NCBI GenBank assembly: GCA_016287565.1
Contig: JAEFAM010000005.1
Span: 11,229 to 75,228 of the forward strand
From: Clostridia bacterium
Lineage (GTDB): Bacteria; Bacillota; Clostridia; UBA1212; UBA1255
Direction of reading: 5' to 3'
DNA length: 64,000 nucleotides
Part shown: in pieces, positions 22,069 through 32,260 of the stretch
Position numbering within the stretch: position 1 is the stretch's first letter
Layout of the letters: each line of letters starts with the position of its first letter
The notes under the pieces: model-generated
The model's input: the letters and a program-made list of their open reading frames with translations, nothing else
What the model was told of the DNA's origin: nothing
Database searches by the model: none
Translations under genes and position numbers: made by a program

Positions 22069-22377
22069 CTGGTCTACCTCCGCATCGCTTTACGTTATAA
22101 AACTCATATGCCCCTTTGGGGGCCTTTTCGCCTGACGCGCCCCGGAAAAAAGCTTCCCGACGGCCCCGGAAGGCGTCTGGATATTATACCACAACGGGCC
22201 TTTCGTATGCAAATGGAAATTGACGGACCGTGTCCGGATCGACTTCAGATCGCCTTCGAAACGCCTCCCGATCGTATCCGGACAGTCTCCGGACCGCATA
22301 CGGACGAATTGACAAATCGCATCCGATCTGCAATAATCTGCAATGATCACAATGCCCTGGACCGGCGGAGGAAAAAT

Positions 22378-24078
22378 ATGAATAAAGATGGACCTTTTGT
22401 AAAGAGGCTGACGCTCTCGGGCCAAAACGTCGGAGAGTTTACGGTGGTGCGGCGTTCGGAAGCGTCCCCGACGGTGGAACGCGCCGCAGCGGATCTGGTC
22501 AAATATATAATGCTGGCCACGGGAAAGCGGCTCCCCGTGCTCACAGATGCCGAAGCGAAGGCGTCCGGGACCGTCAGGCGCATATTCGTGGGCAATACGC
22601 TCTTCGACACCGAAAGGGTCGACAGCGCCGTTAAAAAGCTCAAAAACGACGGATACGCCGTGATCCTGGAAGGCGGAGATCTGTATCTCACCGGCGCCAC
22701 CGACACCGGGGCAATGTACGCCGTGTACAGTTTTCTGGAAGACGCCGCAGGCTGCCGCTTCTACTCTTCGAAGTTCGAGACAGTGCGCAAGGCGGACGCC
22801 ATCGAGATTCCCGAAGGATACGAAGTCTCCTTCTCCCCCCTCATGATCAACCGGGACACCCACTGGTTCGACACCTTCGATCCGGCATTTGCGGCCAAAC
22901 AGAAGCTCAACGGCGCGGTGCGCAGGAATATGGACGGCTACGGCACCTCTATGAAGTATGCGGGGCCCTTCGTACACTCGCTCCCCGCCCTGGCAGGCTC
23001 CAAAAGAGAGCCCAACGTTCAGCCCTGCCTCACCGATCCCGCCGTGTACGAAAAAGTGCTGGAGAACGCCCGAAAGTATTTAAGAGAGACTCCCGGCGCC
23101 AAGATCATTTCCATATCCCAGAACGACTCCTACCCCGAAGGGCGGGGCTGCCAGTGCGAGAACTGCCGCAGGCTTGACGACCGGGAAGGCACCCCCATGG
23201 GGTCGCTTTTGACCTTCGTCAACAGGATCGCGGGAGAACTAAAAAAAGACTGGCCCGACGTATATATCGACACGCTGGCATACAGATACACCAGAAAGGC
23301 CCCAAAACATTTAAAGCCCGCGGACAACGTCATTATCCGCCTCTGCTCCATTGAGTGCTGCTTCTCACACCCCATCGAGAGCGGCTGCGAGCGCAACCGT
23401 GAATTCGCGGAAGACCTGGAAGCCTGGGCCGGTATCAGCAAGAACCTGTTCATATGGGACTACACCACCGACTTCCTGTATTACGTCAATCCCTTCCCCA
23501 ACCTTAAAGTCCTCTACGACAACGTCCGTTTCTTCGTAAAAAACCACGTCATAGGCCTGTTCGAGCAGGGCGCCTACCAGTCTTATTCCGGCGAGTTCGG
23601 GGAGCTCCGGGCATACCTGCTGGCCAAGATAATGTGGGATCCGGATATGAGCCGGGAGCGGTTCTACGCATATATGGACGATTTCCTCCAGGGGTATTAC
23701 GGAGAAGGCTGGAGATTTATTCGCGAATATATTGACCGCACCTCCGAGCTGGCGGCGAAGGGGCATATGGGGATATACTATCCCATCGACAGGATATTGA
23801 ACCTTGACCGGGAAGAGGCCGTTAAGGAGATGCGGGAGTTCCGGGCGCTGTGGGACAAGGCCCTTGCCCTGGCGGAGGGAGAGCAGCGGGACAACGTGGA
23901 AAAATCTTCTCTCCAGGTGCTGTACGCTTATCTCTGCCTCTACTGGGACAACGACGTCTCTCCCAAAGAGAAGGAGCGCCTTTACGAGCTTATGAAGAAA
24001 TATGATATCAAATACTACCGGGAAGGCTGCGTCCTGCCCGAAAACCCGGACTTCACCTGCCCTCCGGACAGATGGTGA
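22378..24078 (+). CDS. DUF4838-domain protein (GH67/GH20-N-like N-terminus, putative glycoside hydrolase-like); no signal peptide
   Basis: Start MNKDG after GGAGG; DGY..G..YAVYSFLE..GCRFY N-domain, QPCLT, SQND..CQCENC, TLAY, WDY..PFPN. Confidence 0.75.
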   Translation: MNKDGPFVKRLTLSGQNVGEFTVVRRSEASPTVERAAADLVKYIMLATGKRLPVLTDAEAKASGTVRRIFVGNTLFDTERVDSAVKKLKNDGYAVILEGGDLYLTGATDTGAMYAVYSFLEDAAGCRFYSSKFETVRKADAIEIPEGYEVSFSPLMINRDTHWFDTFDPAFAAKQKLNGAVRRNMDGYGTSMKYAGPFVHSLPALAGSKREPNVQPCLTDPAVYEKVLENARKYLRETPGAKIISISQNDSYPEGRGCQCENCRRLDDREGTPMGSLLTFVNRIAGELKKDWPDVYIDTLAYRYTRKAPKHLKPADNVIIRLCSIECCFSHPIESGCERNREFAEDLEAWAGISKNLFIWDYTTDFLYYVNPFPNLKVLYDNVRFFVKNHVIGLFEQGAYQSYSGEFGELRAYLLAKIMWDPDMSRERFYAYMDDFLQGYYGEGWRFIREYIDRTSELAAKGHMGIYYPIDRILNLDREEAVKEMREFRALWDKALALAEGEQRDNVEKSSLQVLYAYLCLYWDNDVSPKEKERLYELMKKYDIKYYREGCVLPENPDFTCPPDRW

Positions 24079-24120
24079 CCGGCGAATAAAATATAACTAC
24101 TCGGGAAAAGAGGAAAGACC

Positions 24121-25155
24121 ATGTTAAGATTCGACGAAAAATATTGCATCGAAGCGTTCAAAAAACTGATCGACGTCGACAGCACCACCGGCCAGTACGA
24201 AGAAATCGAGAAAGTGCTCTCGGAGATGCTTGACGGGTACGGCATAAGCTACTTGCGCACTCACAAGGGAGGCGTGATCGCGGACCTGGGCGGCGAGGGA
24301 GATCCGCTGGTGGTAACGGCGCATCTGGACGACATCGGATTGATGGTGCGCCACGTGAATGCCGACGGCACCTTGAATGTCTGCGCCGTGGGAGGCCTGT
24401 ATCCCTTCTACTGCGTCACTGAAAACGTGAGGATATACACCCGTTCCGGGAAAGTTTTCACAGGCTCCGTATGCAGGACGCCCAACTCCATCCACGTCAC
24501 CGAAGAAGAGCTCCGGGCTGTGCTGCCTGACTTCAGGACCAACGTGTGCGTGGTGCTGGACGAGGACGTGAAGACCGCCGAAAACGTAAAAAAGCTGGGC
24601 ATCGACACGGGGGACATGATCGCGCTGGAGCCCCGGTTCAGGCTGGAGAACGGATACGTGAAATCCAGGTTCGTCGACGACAAGGCCTGCGCCGCCGTGC
24701 TGCTGACGCTGATGAAAGAGATGAAGGAAGCGGGGCTCGTTCCCAACCGCAAAGTATACGCATATTTCGCGTTTTACGAGGAGATCGGCCACGGCACCGT
24801 ATGGATGCCAGAGGGCGTTAAAGACATACTGGCGGTGGATATAGCGCCTACGGGACCGGCTCAGAATTCGGACGAGCGGAAGGTGTCCATCTTTGCCAAG
24901 GACTCGCGGTACCCGTACCACTGGGGCATGACAAACGAGCTCCGGGAGGCTGCGATACGGTCCGGGGCAGACTACGTGATGGATATTTTCACGCCGCATT
25001 ACGGCACGGACGGAGACGCCAGCGTTGCCGCCGGCTACGACATCAGGCACGGGGCAATAGGTCCGGGCACGCTGAACAGCCACGGGTACGAGCGCACGCA
25101 TATTGACGGACTTAAAAACACCTTCCTGGTGCTGGCGGAGTATATCGGACTGTAA
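24121..25155 (+). CDS. M42 family metallopeptidase
   Basis: TAHLDDIG, SRFVDDK, YEEIG, LAVD, YGTDG, SHGYERTH metal-ligand pattern. Confidence 0.9.
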   Translation: MLRFDEKYCIEAFKKLIDVDSTTGQYEEIEKVLSEMLDGYGISYLRTHKGGVIADLGGEGDPLVVTAHLDDIGLMVRHVNADGTLNVCAVGGLYPFYCVTENVRIYTRSGKVFTGSVCRTPNSIHVTEEELRAVLPDFRTNVCVVLDEDVKTAENVKKLGIDTGDMIALEPRFRLENGYVKSRFVDDKACAAVLLTLMKEMKEAGLVPNRKVYAYFAFYEEIGHGTVWMPEGVKDILAVDIAPTGPAQNSDERKVSIFAKDSRYPYHWGMTNELREAAIRSGADYVMDIFTPHYGTDGDASVAAGYDIRHGAIGPGTLNSHGYERTHIDGLKNTFLVLAEYIGL

Positions 25156-25233
25156 ATTATCGAAACGGCCAGGACAAGGCGAGATCAAAGCCAAGAGGTT
25201 ATCTGACGTTGACCGCGGCAAGAAAAGCTGCGG

Positions 25234-26589
25234 TCATTCGTTTAATTTCCTGATCCACTTGTAGCTGTTGCAGCGTATGAACGCGGCAATGCATTTCAGA
25301 TACTGGTCCAGATTCAGGCAGATGAGCACGATCTCGGGAGGCCAGCGGAACACGAAGGCGGAGAGCAGCGACGCCGGCATCACTATCCCCCATATAAATA
25401 CCAGATCCATCTTGAATACGAATTTGGTGTCACCGCCCCCTGAAATGATGCCGGTGTTGGTGCACATCTCGTATGACATAAACAGCAATACGGTGGCCTC
25501 GATCAGCATGAACGTCTTAGCCAGGCGGTAGGTCTCTGCGCTGATGTTGTACACGCTGAGGAACGGTATGCGCACGGCAAAAAGCAGGCTGCCCATAAGG
25601 AGGCCGATGGCAACGAACAGCAACTGGAGCGTCCTGGTATTGACCTCCAACTTTTTCATATCGCCCTCGCCCACGGTCTTGCCCGTGATGATGGCTGCGG
25701 CGCTGGCGGCACCCACGGAAGCCACTTTGAAGAACAGGAATATGGTGGACGATATGGAATGGGCCGCGATGGCGCTGTCGGAAAGATGGCCGAGAATGGC
25801 GGTCTGTATGGCGGTATTGAGCCCCCACATAAATGCGGCCGTCAGCAGCGGCAGGCTGACTCTTATATACTTGCGGGTAAGTTCCCCGTCCCGGGACTTG
25901 AGGTCACGGAGACGGAAGCGGAATTTCTTCTCGACCGCCAAAACGTAAACGCACACTCCGGCGCACTCTAAAACTCTTGCCGTAAGCGTGCCTATGGCGG
26001 CACCCCGGACGCCCAGTTCTGGGAAGCCGAAACGGCCGGAGATCAGCACGAAATTGATGGAGCAGTTGATCACAAGTGCGAAAAGAGACGCGATCAGCGC
26101 AGGTTTAACTCTTTCCATGCTCCTGAGGCCTCCCAGCACTATGGTGGTAGCAGCGAAGAAGGGATAGCTGAACCGCACGATGCGCAGGTACGCAGCGCCT
26201 TCGGCAATGATCCCGGGATCTTTGGAGAATATGCGGACAACGAATTCGGGGCTCACGCTCACGAATATCATAAACACCGCTACGATGATCCCCGCCGCTC
26301 TTAAGGCGATGGACAACAGCTTCTTTATGGGGTCCGTCTCCCCGATGCCCCAGTACTGGCTGGCCAGCACGATCATGCCGTTGCCCACGCCGAATACAAG
26401 CTGCTGGAGGATGAACTGGATCTGGTTGACCGCCGCCACGCCCGCAAGGGCAGTCTCGGAATAGCTGCCCAGCATAAGGTTGTCCGCAAGATTTACGCTG
26501 AGCACCACGATCTGCTCCAGCATGAGAGTCAGCGTCAATTTAAAGAACGTCCTGTAGAAGCTCTTGTCCCGGGAAATGAAACCGTCCAT
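25234..26589 (-). CDS. MATE family efflux transporter
   Basis: Start MDGFIS; about 12 TM segments; ADNLMLG, ASQYWG, PELGVRGAAIGT, GGDTKF. Confidence 0.92.
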   Translation of the reverse strand: MDGFISRDKSFYRTFFKLTLTLMLEQIVVLSVNLADNLMLGSYSETALAGVAAVNQIQFILQQLVFGVGNGMIVLASQYWGIGETDPIKKLLSIALRAAGIIVAVFMIFVSVSPEFVVRIFSKDPGIIAEGAAYLRIVRFSYPFFAATTIVLGGLRSMERVKPALIASLFALVINCSINFVLISGRFGFPELGVRGAAIGTLTARVLECAGVCVYVLAVEKKFRFRLRDLKSRDGELTRKYIRVSLPLLTAAFMWGLNTAIQTAILGHLSDSAIAAHSISSTIFLFFKVASVGAASAAAIITGKTVGEGDMKKLEVNTRTLQLLFVAIGLLMGSLLFAVRIPFLSVYNISAETYRLAKTFMLIEATVLLFMSYEMCTNTGIISGGGDTKFVFKMDLVFIWGIVMPASLLSAFVFRWPPEIVLICLNLDQYLKCIAAFIRCNSYKWIRKLNE

Positions 26590-26590
26590 C

Positions 26591-27070
26591 TTACCTGTAC
26601 CTTCTGAATTCCGGATGCTCCGAAACGAGCTTTTCCAGCAGCGCACGGCAGCCTTCCCGGATCTGGCGCCCCACTTTCTCGAAATCTCCCGTGTACCAGG
26701 GATCTTCTATGTCTCCGGGGCTGTCCGTGAAATCTCTTAAAAGGAACGTTTTGTTTTCCATGCCTTTGGGGCAGTATCTCATCATGTTGCGCAGGTTGTA
26801 CCGCTCCATGGCCACCAGCATGTCGTGATCCTCGAAATCTTCCCTGCCCATCTGCCTGGCCCGTTTTCCTGAGGGGTCGATGCCCAGCCTGCGGAGGTAT
26901 GCTTTCGCGGGAGGATAAACGCCGCAGCCCAGCTCCTCGGAAGAAGTCCCGGCGGAGGACACTTCTATCTCGCCGGACAAGCCTCTTTCGGCTACCATAT
27001 CTCTCATTATGTATTCCGCCATGGGCGACCGGCAGATGTTGCCGTGGCAGACGAACAATATTCTGATCAT
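26591..27070 (-). CDS. Low molecular weight protein-tyrosine phosphatase
   Basis: FVCHGNICRSPMAE P-loop, DIEDPWY. Confidence 0.95.
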   Translation of the reverse strand: MIRILFVCHGNICRSPMAEYIMRDMVAERGLSGEIEVSSAGTSSEELGCGVYPPAKAYLRRLGIDPSGKRARQMGREDFEDHDMLVAMERYNLRNMMRYCPKGMENKTFLLRDFTDSPGDIEDPWYTGDFEKVGRQIREGCRALLEKLVSEHPEFRRYR

Positions 27071-27116
27071 ACGATCTTTCTCCTAAAAGCGATGCCCCGG
27101 GAAGCGAAACGTTCTC

Positions 27117-27998
27117 TCACGTAGCGTCGAACAGGCTCATCTGCGTGTACTTTTCCGGAAACTCGTTCAGGAAAGCGAAACATTCATCCGGAGAGCACAT
27201 CATTCCGTACTTTTTGCACAACGAAGTCAATACCTCTTTGAGCTTTCTCGCGTCCGGGCTGGGCAGCTCGTAGGCATTGCCGTACCGGCGGATATATTTC
27301 TCCTTAAGGCCCGGGAAATGTTTGTCCAGCGCGGAATAGTAATATTCCCTGTCCCCTTCCCGCAAAGTCAGACCCATGCCGAAATCCACGATGCCCCTGA
27401 CGCCGGCTCCGGCGCACTCCTCCAGGATCGCCCGGATATTGTCCTCGGTATCGTTTATGAAGGGCAGTATGGGCGTCATCCACACTATGGTCGGGATGCC
27501 CCTGTCCCGCATTTCTTTCAGCACCTGTATGCGTCTTTTCGTGTTGCACACGTTGGGCTCCAGGATGGCGCAAAGGCCGTCGTCGAAGGTGGTGAGCGTC
27601 ATCTGCACCACGCACCTGGTTTCCCGGTTGAGCTCTTCCAGCAGGTCTATATCCTGCAATATCCTGTCGGATTTGGTCAATACCGTGGCGCCGAAGCCGT
27701 ACTTCAGTATGATCTCCAGGCATTTTCTGGTGAGCCTGAGTTTCTCCTCGCAGTGCATATAAGGGTCCGACATGGCGCCGGTGCCGATCATGCACTTTTT
27801 TCGCTTGGACCTGAGAGCGGCCTCCAGCAGCTCGGGGGCGTTGCGCTTGACCTCCACGTCCTCGAAAGGGTGCGTGAACCGGTAGCAGGCGCTGCGGCTG
27901 TCGCAATAAACGCAGCCGTGAGAGCATCCACGGTATATGTTCATGCCGTAATGCCCGCCGTTTCCCGTCAATATCCCTTTCGCCTCTACGAAATGCAT
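27117..27998 (-). CDS. Radical SAM protein, spore photoproduct lyase-like (SPL/Rv2578c-type) family
   Basis: MNIYRGCSHGCVYCD (CxxxCxxC), SDPY, TKS, LEP, PILPFIND. Confidence 0.88.
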   Translation of the reverse strand: MHFVEAKGILTGNGGHYGMNIYRGCSHGCVYCDSRSACYRFTHPFEDVEVKRNAPELLEAALRSKRKKCMIGTGAMSDPYMHCEEKLRLTRKCLEIILKYGFGATVLTKSDRILQDIDLLEELNRETRCVVQMTLTTFDDGLCAILEPNVCNTKRRIQVLKEMRDRGIPTIVWMTPILPFINDTEDNIRAILEECAGAGVRGIVDFGMGLTLREGDREYYYSALDKHFPGLKEKYIRRYGNAYELPSPDARKLKEVLTSLCKKYGMMCSPDECFAFLNEFPEKYTQMSLFDAT

Positions 27999-28264
27999 GT
28001 CCGCTCCCTTTCAATTCTCCCGCGCCGTCGACGACCGGAAGGGTCAAACTAAAAATAATACTTGCGGCCCGGGATGTCAATCGGTTTTTGGCAGATCTTC
28101 CGGCCTGAAACGACGGGCCGGAAGCCTCAGGCGTATTGACAGTGACCGCCTTCAGGAAGTAAAATTCGAAAGCGCGCCCCGGTCCGGCTTTCATATACGG
28201 TCATCGACCCGAACATACGAAGCGCCGCCCGGAATACCATACCGCCTGACGAAAGGAGACCCGC

Positions 28265-29347
28265 GTGAAGAGTGCCGCGCTTTTGATCGGAATACTGTTT
28301 GCCGCTCTGCTGTGCGCCTGCGGGACCCGCAATAACGGGGGCAGGGACAATGAAGGCGGCCAGGTCGTATACGTAACGGCAAAGCGCGTTGACCCCACGG
28401 AAGCTCCCGCCACGGAGCCAAACCACACCGACGAGCCCGACCCCACCGGAATACCGGCGGCAACGGAAACGGCAACGGCAGCGGCGGCTCAAGCGAAAAC
28501 GGAATTGCCCGAAGTGACGGAGGAAGCCCGGACCACTGAAACTCCTGCCCCGGCGCAGACGGACGTTCCCACCGCAGCGCCCACATCAGTTTCCACAGGC
28601 ACTCGGTCGCCCGAGCCCACGAAAGCTCCTACGCAGAAGCCCACGGAGACCCCCACGAATGAACCCACCGCCGAGCCCACGCCCCGGCCCAAGGTAACAC
28701 CCTCCCCCACGCCTGCGCCTACCCCGGAGCCCACCGAGCCGCCGGATTACAGCTACATAGAAAGGGCCATAAGCCCCGTGGACTTCAACGAAAACGGCAT
28801 CGACGACTACACCGACATATTGAACGGAGCCAGGAAAGACGCCATAAACCATCCGCGCTACGATCCCAGCTACCAGCGGAACGGCTATCCCCCGGACGAC
28901 GTAGGCGTGTGCGCAGACGTTATATGGCGCGCCTTCAGGGAAGCCGGATACAGCCTCAGGTATATGGTGGACAAAGATATCAGGGACAACACCTGGCGCT
29001 ACTCTGAAATATATAACAAAAGAGAAAAGCGGGACAACAAGATCGACTTCCGGCGTGTCAGGAACCTGCGTATATTCTTCGACGAATATGCCATATCCCT
29101 GACCACCGACATTTACGACATAGAAGAATGGCAGCCGGGAGACATAGTAATATTCAACAAAAACACCCATATAGGGATCGTTTCGGACAAGCGGAACGAT
29201 AAAGGCATTCCGTATATCATCCACAACGGAGGCCAGGAGGAGCGGGAGCAGGATTATCTGGAAGGAGACCATAAAGTTGCGGCCCATTTCAGGTTCGACG
29301 CTTCCAGGGTGCCTGAAGAGATGCTCATCCCCTGGGAAGGCGACTGA
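28265..29347 (+). CDS. Lipoprotein with Pro/Thr-rich linker and C-terminal DUF1287 (papain/NlpC-P60-like) domain
   Basis: Lipobox LCAC; about 120-aa PT/PE-rich linker; YDPSY, GVCADVIWRA, IDFRRVRNL, WQPGDIV, HIGIVSD, IIHN. Confidence 0.85.
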   Translation: MKSAALLIGILFAALLCACGTRNNGGRDNEGGQVVYVTAKRVDPTEAPATEPNHTDEPDPTGIPAATETATAAAAQAKTELPEVTEEARTTETPAPAQTDVPTAAPTSVSTGTRSPEPTKAPTQKPTETPTNEPTAEPTPRPKVTPSPTPAPTPEPTEPPDYSYIERAISPVDFNENGIDDYTDILNGARKDAINHPRYDPSYQRNGYPPDDVGVCADVIWRAFREAGYSLRYMVDKDIRDNTWRYSEIYNKREKRDNKIDFRRVRNLRIFFDEYAISLTTDIYDIEEWQPGDIVIFNKNTHIGIVSDKRNDKGIPYIIHNGGQEEREQDYLEGDHKVAAHFRFDASRVPEEMLIPWEGD

Positions 29348-29385
29348 GGTCCCGGGCTCCGCGGCGCGGACGGAAGGAGAAAAAC

Positions 29386-30834
29386 GTGAAAAACTTTTGG
29401 CTGAAAGGAATATCGACGGGAAACAAGTCCGGGTGCGCCGGGACAGGATCCGCCGCTGCCTTCGGGCGCTCCTTCGCAAAAGTTTGCGCGCTCTTTATTG
29501 CCGCCGCGGCGTTTCTCACGGTGCTGTCAGGAGCGTTGACGCTGTCCTCCCGCGCAGAAGGACCCATTGACGATACCCAGGAGAACTACCTTGCCTATAT
29601 GGTGGCGGAACAGGATTCGGGGCAGATATTGTACGTGCAGAACGCCCAGGCCGCCTGCGACGCGTCGCTGGCTTCGAGGCTCATGTGCGCAGTGGTGGTA
29701 AGCGAATATACGGTAGACGGAAAAAAGATACTTGTCACCGACTCGGTGACGCCTACGGAAAACAGCATCTCCTCCGACGGCAAATTCCGCCTCTACGCAG
29801 GCACGGGATATACCGTGGGCAATCTCCTCCGGGCCATGCTTCTGGGGGGCGCGGACAACTGCGCCCGGGCGCTGGCATCTTTTGTGAACCCCAACGCGGA
29901 CTATTTCGTCACGCTGATGAACCAGACGGCGGCAAAGCTTGAAATGAAAGACACCTATTTCACTTCCCCGGACGGAGCCAAAAACTCCCTGGCCAGGACC
30001 ACCGTCACCGACATGGCGCGGCTCTACGACTACGCCCTCAAGAATTCCACCGTAAGGAATATCATCCAGAGCGAATTCAGCCACATCTGGAACAACACGG
30101 CCATATTCAACCTGTGTTCCCTTCCCTTCGCGCTCAAGAACACCTACGGCACCGCCACAGCGGGAGGACTTTTCCAGAGCGGCGGAAACGAGGGGCTGCC
30201 GGGGACGATTGCCGTCAACATCACTCTCCCCCAGTCCGCTTCCGGCGACGCCCCGATGAAGCTCCTGGTGATCGTGCAGGACAGCGTTGACGACGAGCAG
30301 CTGAACACGCTGGCAAGGTCTCTCATTGCCGACAGCTTCGTGGAATTCCACAAGGCAAAAGCGTTCAAGGCCGGAGACAAGGTGGCGTCATACGGCATTT
30401 CGGGCCAGTCGCTCTCTATAGTTTCCGAGTCCGACGTTTATCTGGTATTGCCCTCGGACGCACAGGTCTCCGCGTACGTCCAGTCGGTCACATACACTTT
30501 CACGAACGAAGATCCCAAAAACGCAGCCAATCCCCCGGAGCTTTCCCTCCCCGTTACGGAAGGCCAGAAGCTGGGCACCGCCACGCTGCTTCTGAGAGAC
30601 GGCTCCGTGCACGTTATCCGCATACTGGCGGGCAATACGATCCAGACCGACAACCCGCGGTTCAACAGCTTCCTCAACATCCTGGAATCGTACAAACCGC
30701 TGTTCATATTCATTGCCATCCTGCTGGCGGTGGAACTGTTCATCATCGTCGTGGTGGCGGTCAACAAGATCCGCCGTTTTTCCGAAAAAAAGCGCCTGCT
30801 CGAAAAACGTTCGAGCAGACGCGATAAAGCTTGA
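29386..30834 (+). CDS. D-Ala-D-Ala carboxypeptidase (peptidase S11) homologue, probably catalytically inactive
   Basis: SGQILY, FVTLMNQTAAKLEMKDTYFTSPDG, TTVTDMA, PBP5-C-like region and C-terminal TM; SxxK/SxN/KTG not recognisable. Confidence 0.8.
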   Translation: MKNFWLKGISTGNKSGCAGTGSAAAFGRSFAKVCALFIAAAAFLTVLSGALTLSSRAEGPIDDTQENYLAYMVAEQDSGQILYVQNAQAACDASLASRLMCAVVVSEYTVDGKKILVTDSVTPTENSISSDGKFRLYAGTGYTVGNLLRAMLLGGADNCARALASFVNPNADYFVTLMNQTAAKLEMKDTYFTSPDGAKNSLARTTVTDMARLYDYALKNSTVRNIIQSEFSHIWNNTAIFNLCSLPFALKNTYGTATAGGLFQSGGNEGLPGTIAVNITLPQSASGDAPMKLLVIVQDSVDDEQLNTLARSLIADSFVEFHKAKAFKAGDKVASYGISGQSLSIVSESDVYLVLPSDAQVSAYVQSVTYTFTNEDPKNAANPPELSLPVTEGQKLGTATLLLRDGSVHVIRILAGNTIQTDNPRFNSFLNILESYKPLFIFIAILLAVELFIIVVVAVNKIRRFSEKKRLLEKRSSRRDKA

Positions 30835-30853
30835 CCTTTTATAAGTTCTCTCA

Positions 30854-32083
30854 TTATTTGATCTTGGCCAGATGCGCGAACCTGGGAAGCCCGTCTTCCA
30901 CGGGAGGATGAGACTCGCCCTGAATGAGAGGAAGCGCGTATTTCACGTAGTCTTCCGTGATGAAATTGCCCTCCGCGTTGATCCATTCGCGGGGAAGCTT
31001 TTTCTCCGTGTTGGCCACTTCGCTGAGCGGGATCATCTTGGGCAGGCACTTGTAATTGCCCTTCTCGTCCGTCGCGCGCTCGAAGCCGATGCAATAATCG
31101 GTATAGCCTTCCACGGCCTTCTTGACGGCGGTGGCTCCGGCCATATGAGCTTCGTTCACGTCGGTTAGAGAACCGCAGTGAGCGGCGCAGCGCTGAAGCA
31201 GGCTGAATTCGATGCCGCGGACCTTGCAGCCGATGGCCTCTTTAGCGGCGTTGGCCAGAGTGGTGGCAACGCCTCCCAGCTGGGCGTGTCCGAATGCGTC
31301 CCGGACTCCGCTGTCAGCCACGAACCTTCCGTCCGCGTACTGGGCGCCTTCCGAAACGGCAACGATGCACTTGCCCTGCTTCTCGTATACGCGTTTAACG
31401 TCAGCCAGATACTGCTCCATGGAGAAAGGAAGCTCGGGAACGTAGATCAGATCCGGGCCCATTCCCTTGTAAGCCGCCAGGGCGGTGGAGGCGGTGAGCC
31501 AGCCCGCGTGGCGTCCCATGACTTCCAGCACGGCCACCATGCCGGTGTCGTAAACTCTGGCGTCCTGGTAGACTTCCATGGTGGAAGTGGCAACGTACTT
31601 GGCCGCGGAACCGTATCCGGGGCAATGGTCCGTGCCGTACAGGTCGTTGTCGATGGTCTTGGGCACGCCCATGACTCTCATCTCGTATCCGGACTTCTGC
31701 ATATACTTGCTGATCTTGTTGCAGGTGTCCATGGAGTCGTTGCCGCCGTTGTAGAAGAAATAGCGGATGTCATACTTCCTGAACACTTCCAGGAGACGCC
31801 TGTAATCCGTATCGTCCACGTCCGCGTCTTTAAGCTTGTACCTTACGGAACCCAGTGCGGAAGAGGGCGTGGTCTTGAGCAGTTCGATCTCGTAGGGATC
31901 TTCCTTGCTCATATCGTAGAATTCTTCGTCGAGCATGCCTCGGATGCCGTGAGCCGCGCCGTAGACTTTAGTGATGCAATCCTCTTTCAGAGCCGTCTGG
32001 AAAACGCCCGCGGCGCTGGAGTTGATAACGGAAGAAGGGCCGCCGGACTGTCCGAAAATTGCGGCGCCGATCAGTTTAGCCAT
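30854..32083 (-). CDS. 6-phosphofructokinase, PPi-dependent signature
   Basis: Start MAKLIG; GQSGGP, GGNDS, PKTIDND, EVMGRHAGW, VSEG. Confidence 0.93.
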   Translation of the reverse strand: MAKLIGAAIFGQSGGPSSVINSSAAGVFQTALKEDCITKVYGAAHGIRGMLDEEFYDMSKEDPYEIELLKTTPSSALGSVRYKLKDADVDDTDYRRLLEVFRKYDIRYFFYNGGNDSMDTCNKISKYMQKSGYEMRVMGVPKTIDNDLYGTDHCPGYGSAAKYVATSTMEVYQDARVYDTGMVAVLEVMGRHAGWLTASTALAAYKGMGPDLIYVPELPFSMEQYLADVKRVYEKQGKCIVAVSEGAQYADGRFVADSGVRDAFGHAQLGGVATTLANAAKEAIGCKVRGIEFSLLQRCAAHCGSLTDVNEAHMAGATAVKKAVEGYTDYCIGFERATDEKGNYKCLPKMIPLSEVANTEKKLPREWINAEGNFITEDYVKYALPLIQGESHPPVEDGLPRFAHLAKIK

Positions 32084-32180
32084 AGTTTGATACCTCGTTT
32101 TCTTGTGGTTTGTATTTTGCCGCGCCGCCCCTCCGGCCGCCTGTTCAGGAGCCTTAGGGGGCACCGCACCGTTTGCTTAA

Positions 32181-32223
32181 AAAGCGACGCAGGGGCAATC
32201 CGTCGCGTAGATCTGCCCCTGCG
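32181..32223 (-). terminator. Strong hairpin/terminator-like element between fba and pfk
   Basis: Minus strand CGCAGGGGCA...TGCCCCTGCG followed by TCGCTTTTT. Confidence 0.5.
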
Positions 32224-32260
32224 GTCAACATTGCCGATCAGGTCGCCGACCCGAGACCGG

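Noticed and set aside
28097-28124. CTTCCGGCC-N10-GGCCGGAAG inverted repeat between divergent promoters
   Set aside because: GC-rich 9-bp arms are common at this base composition; no U-tract or second instance supports a function
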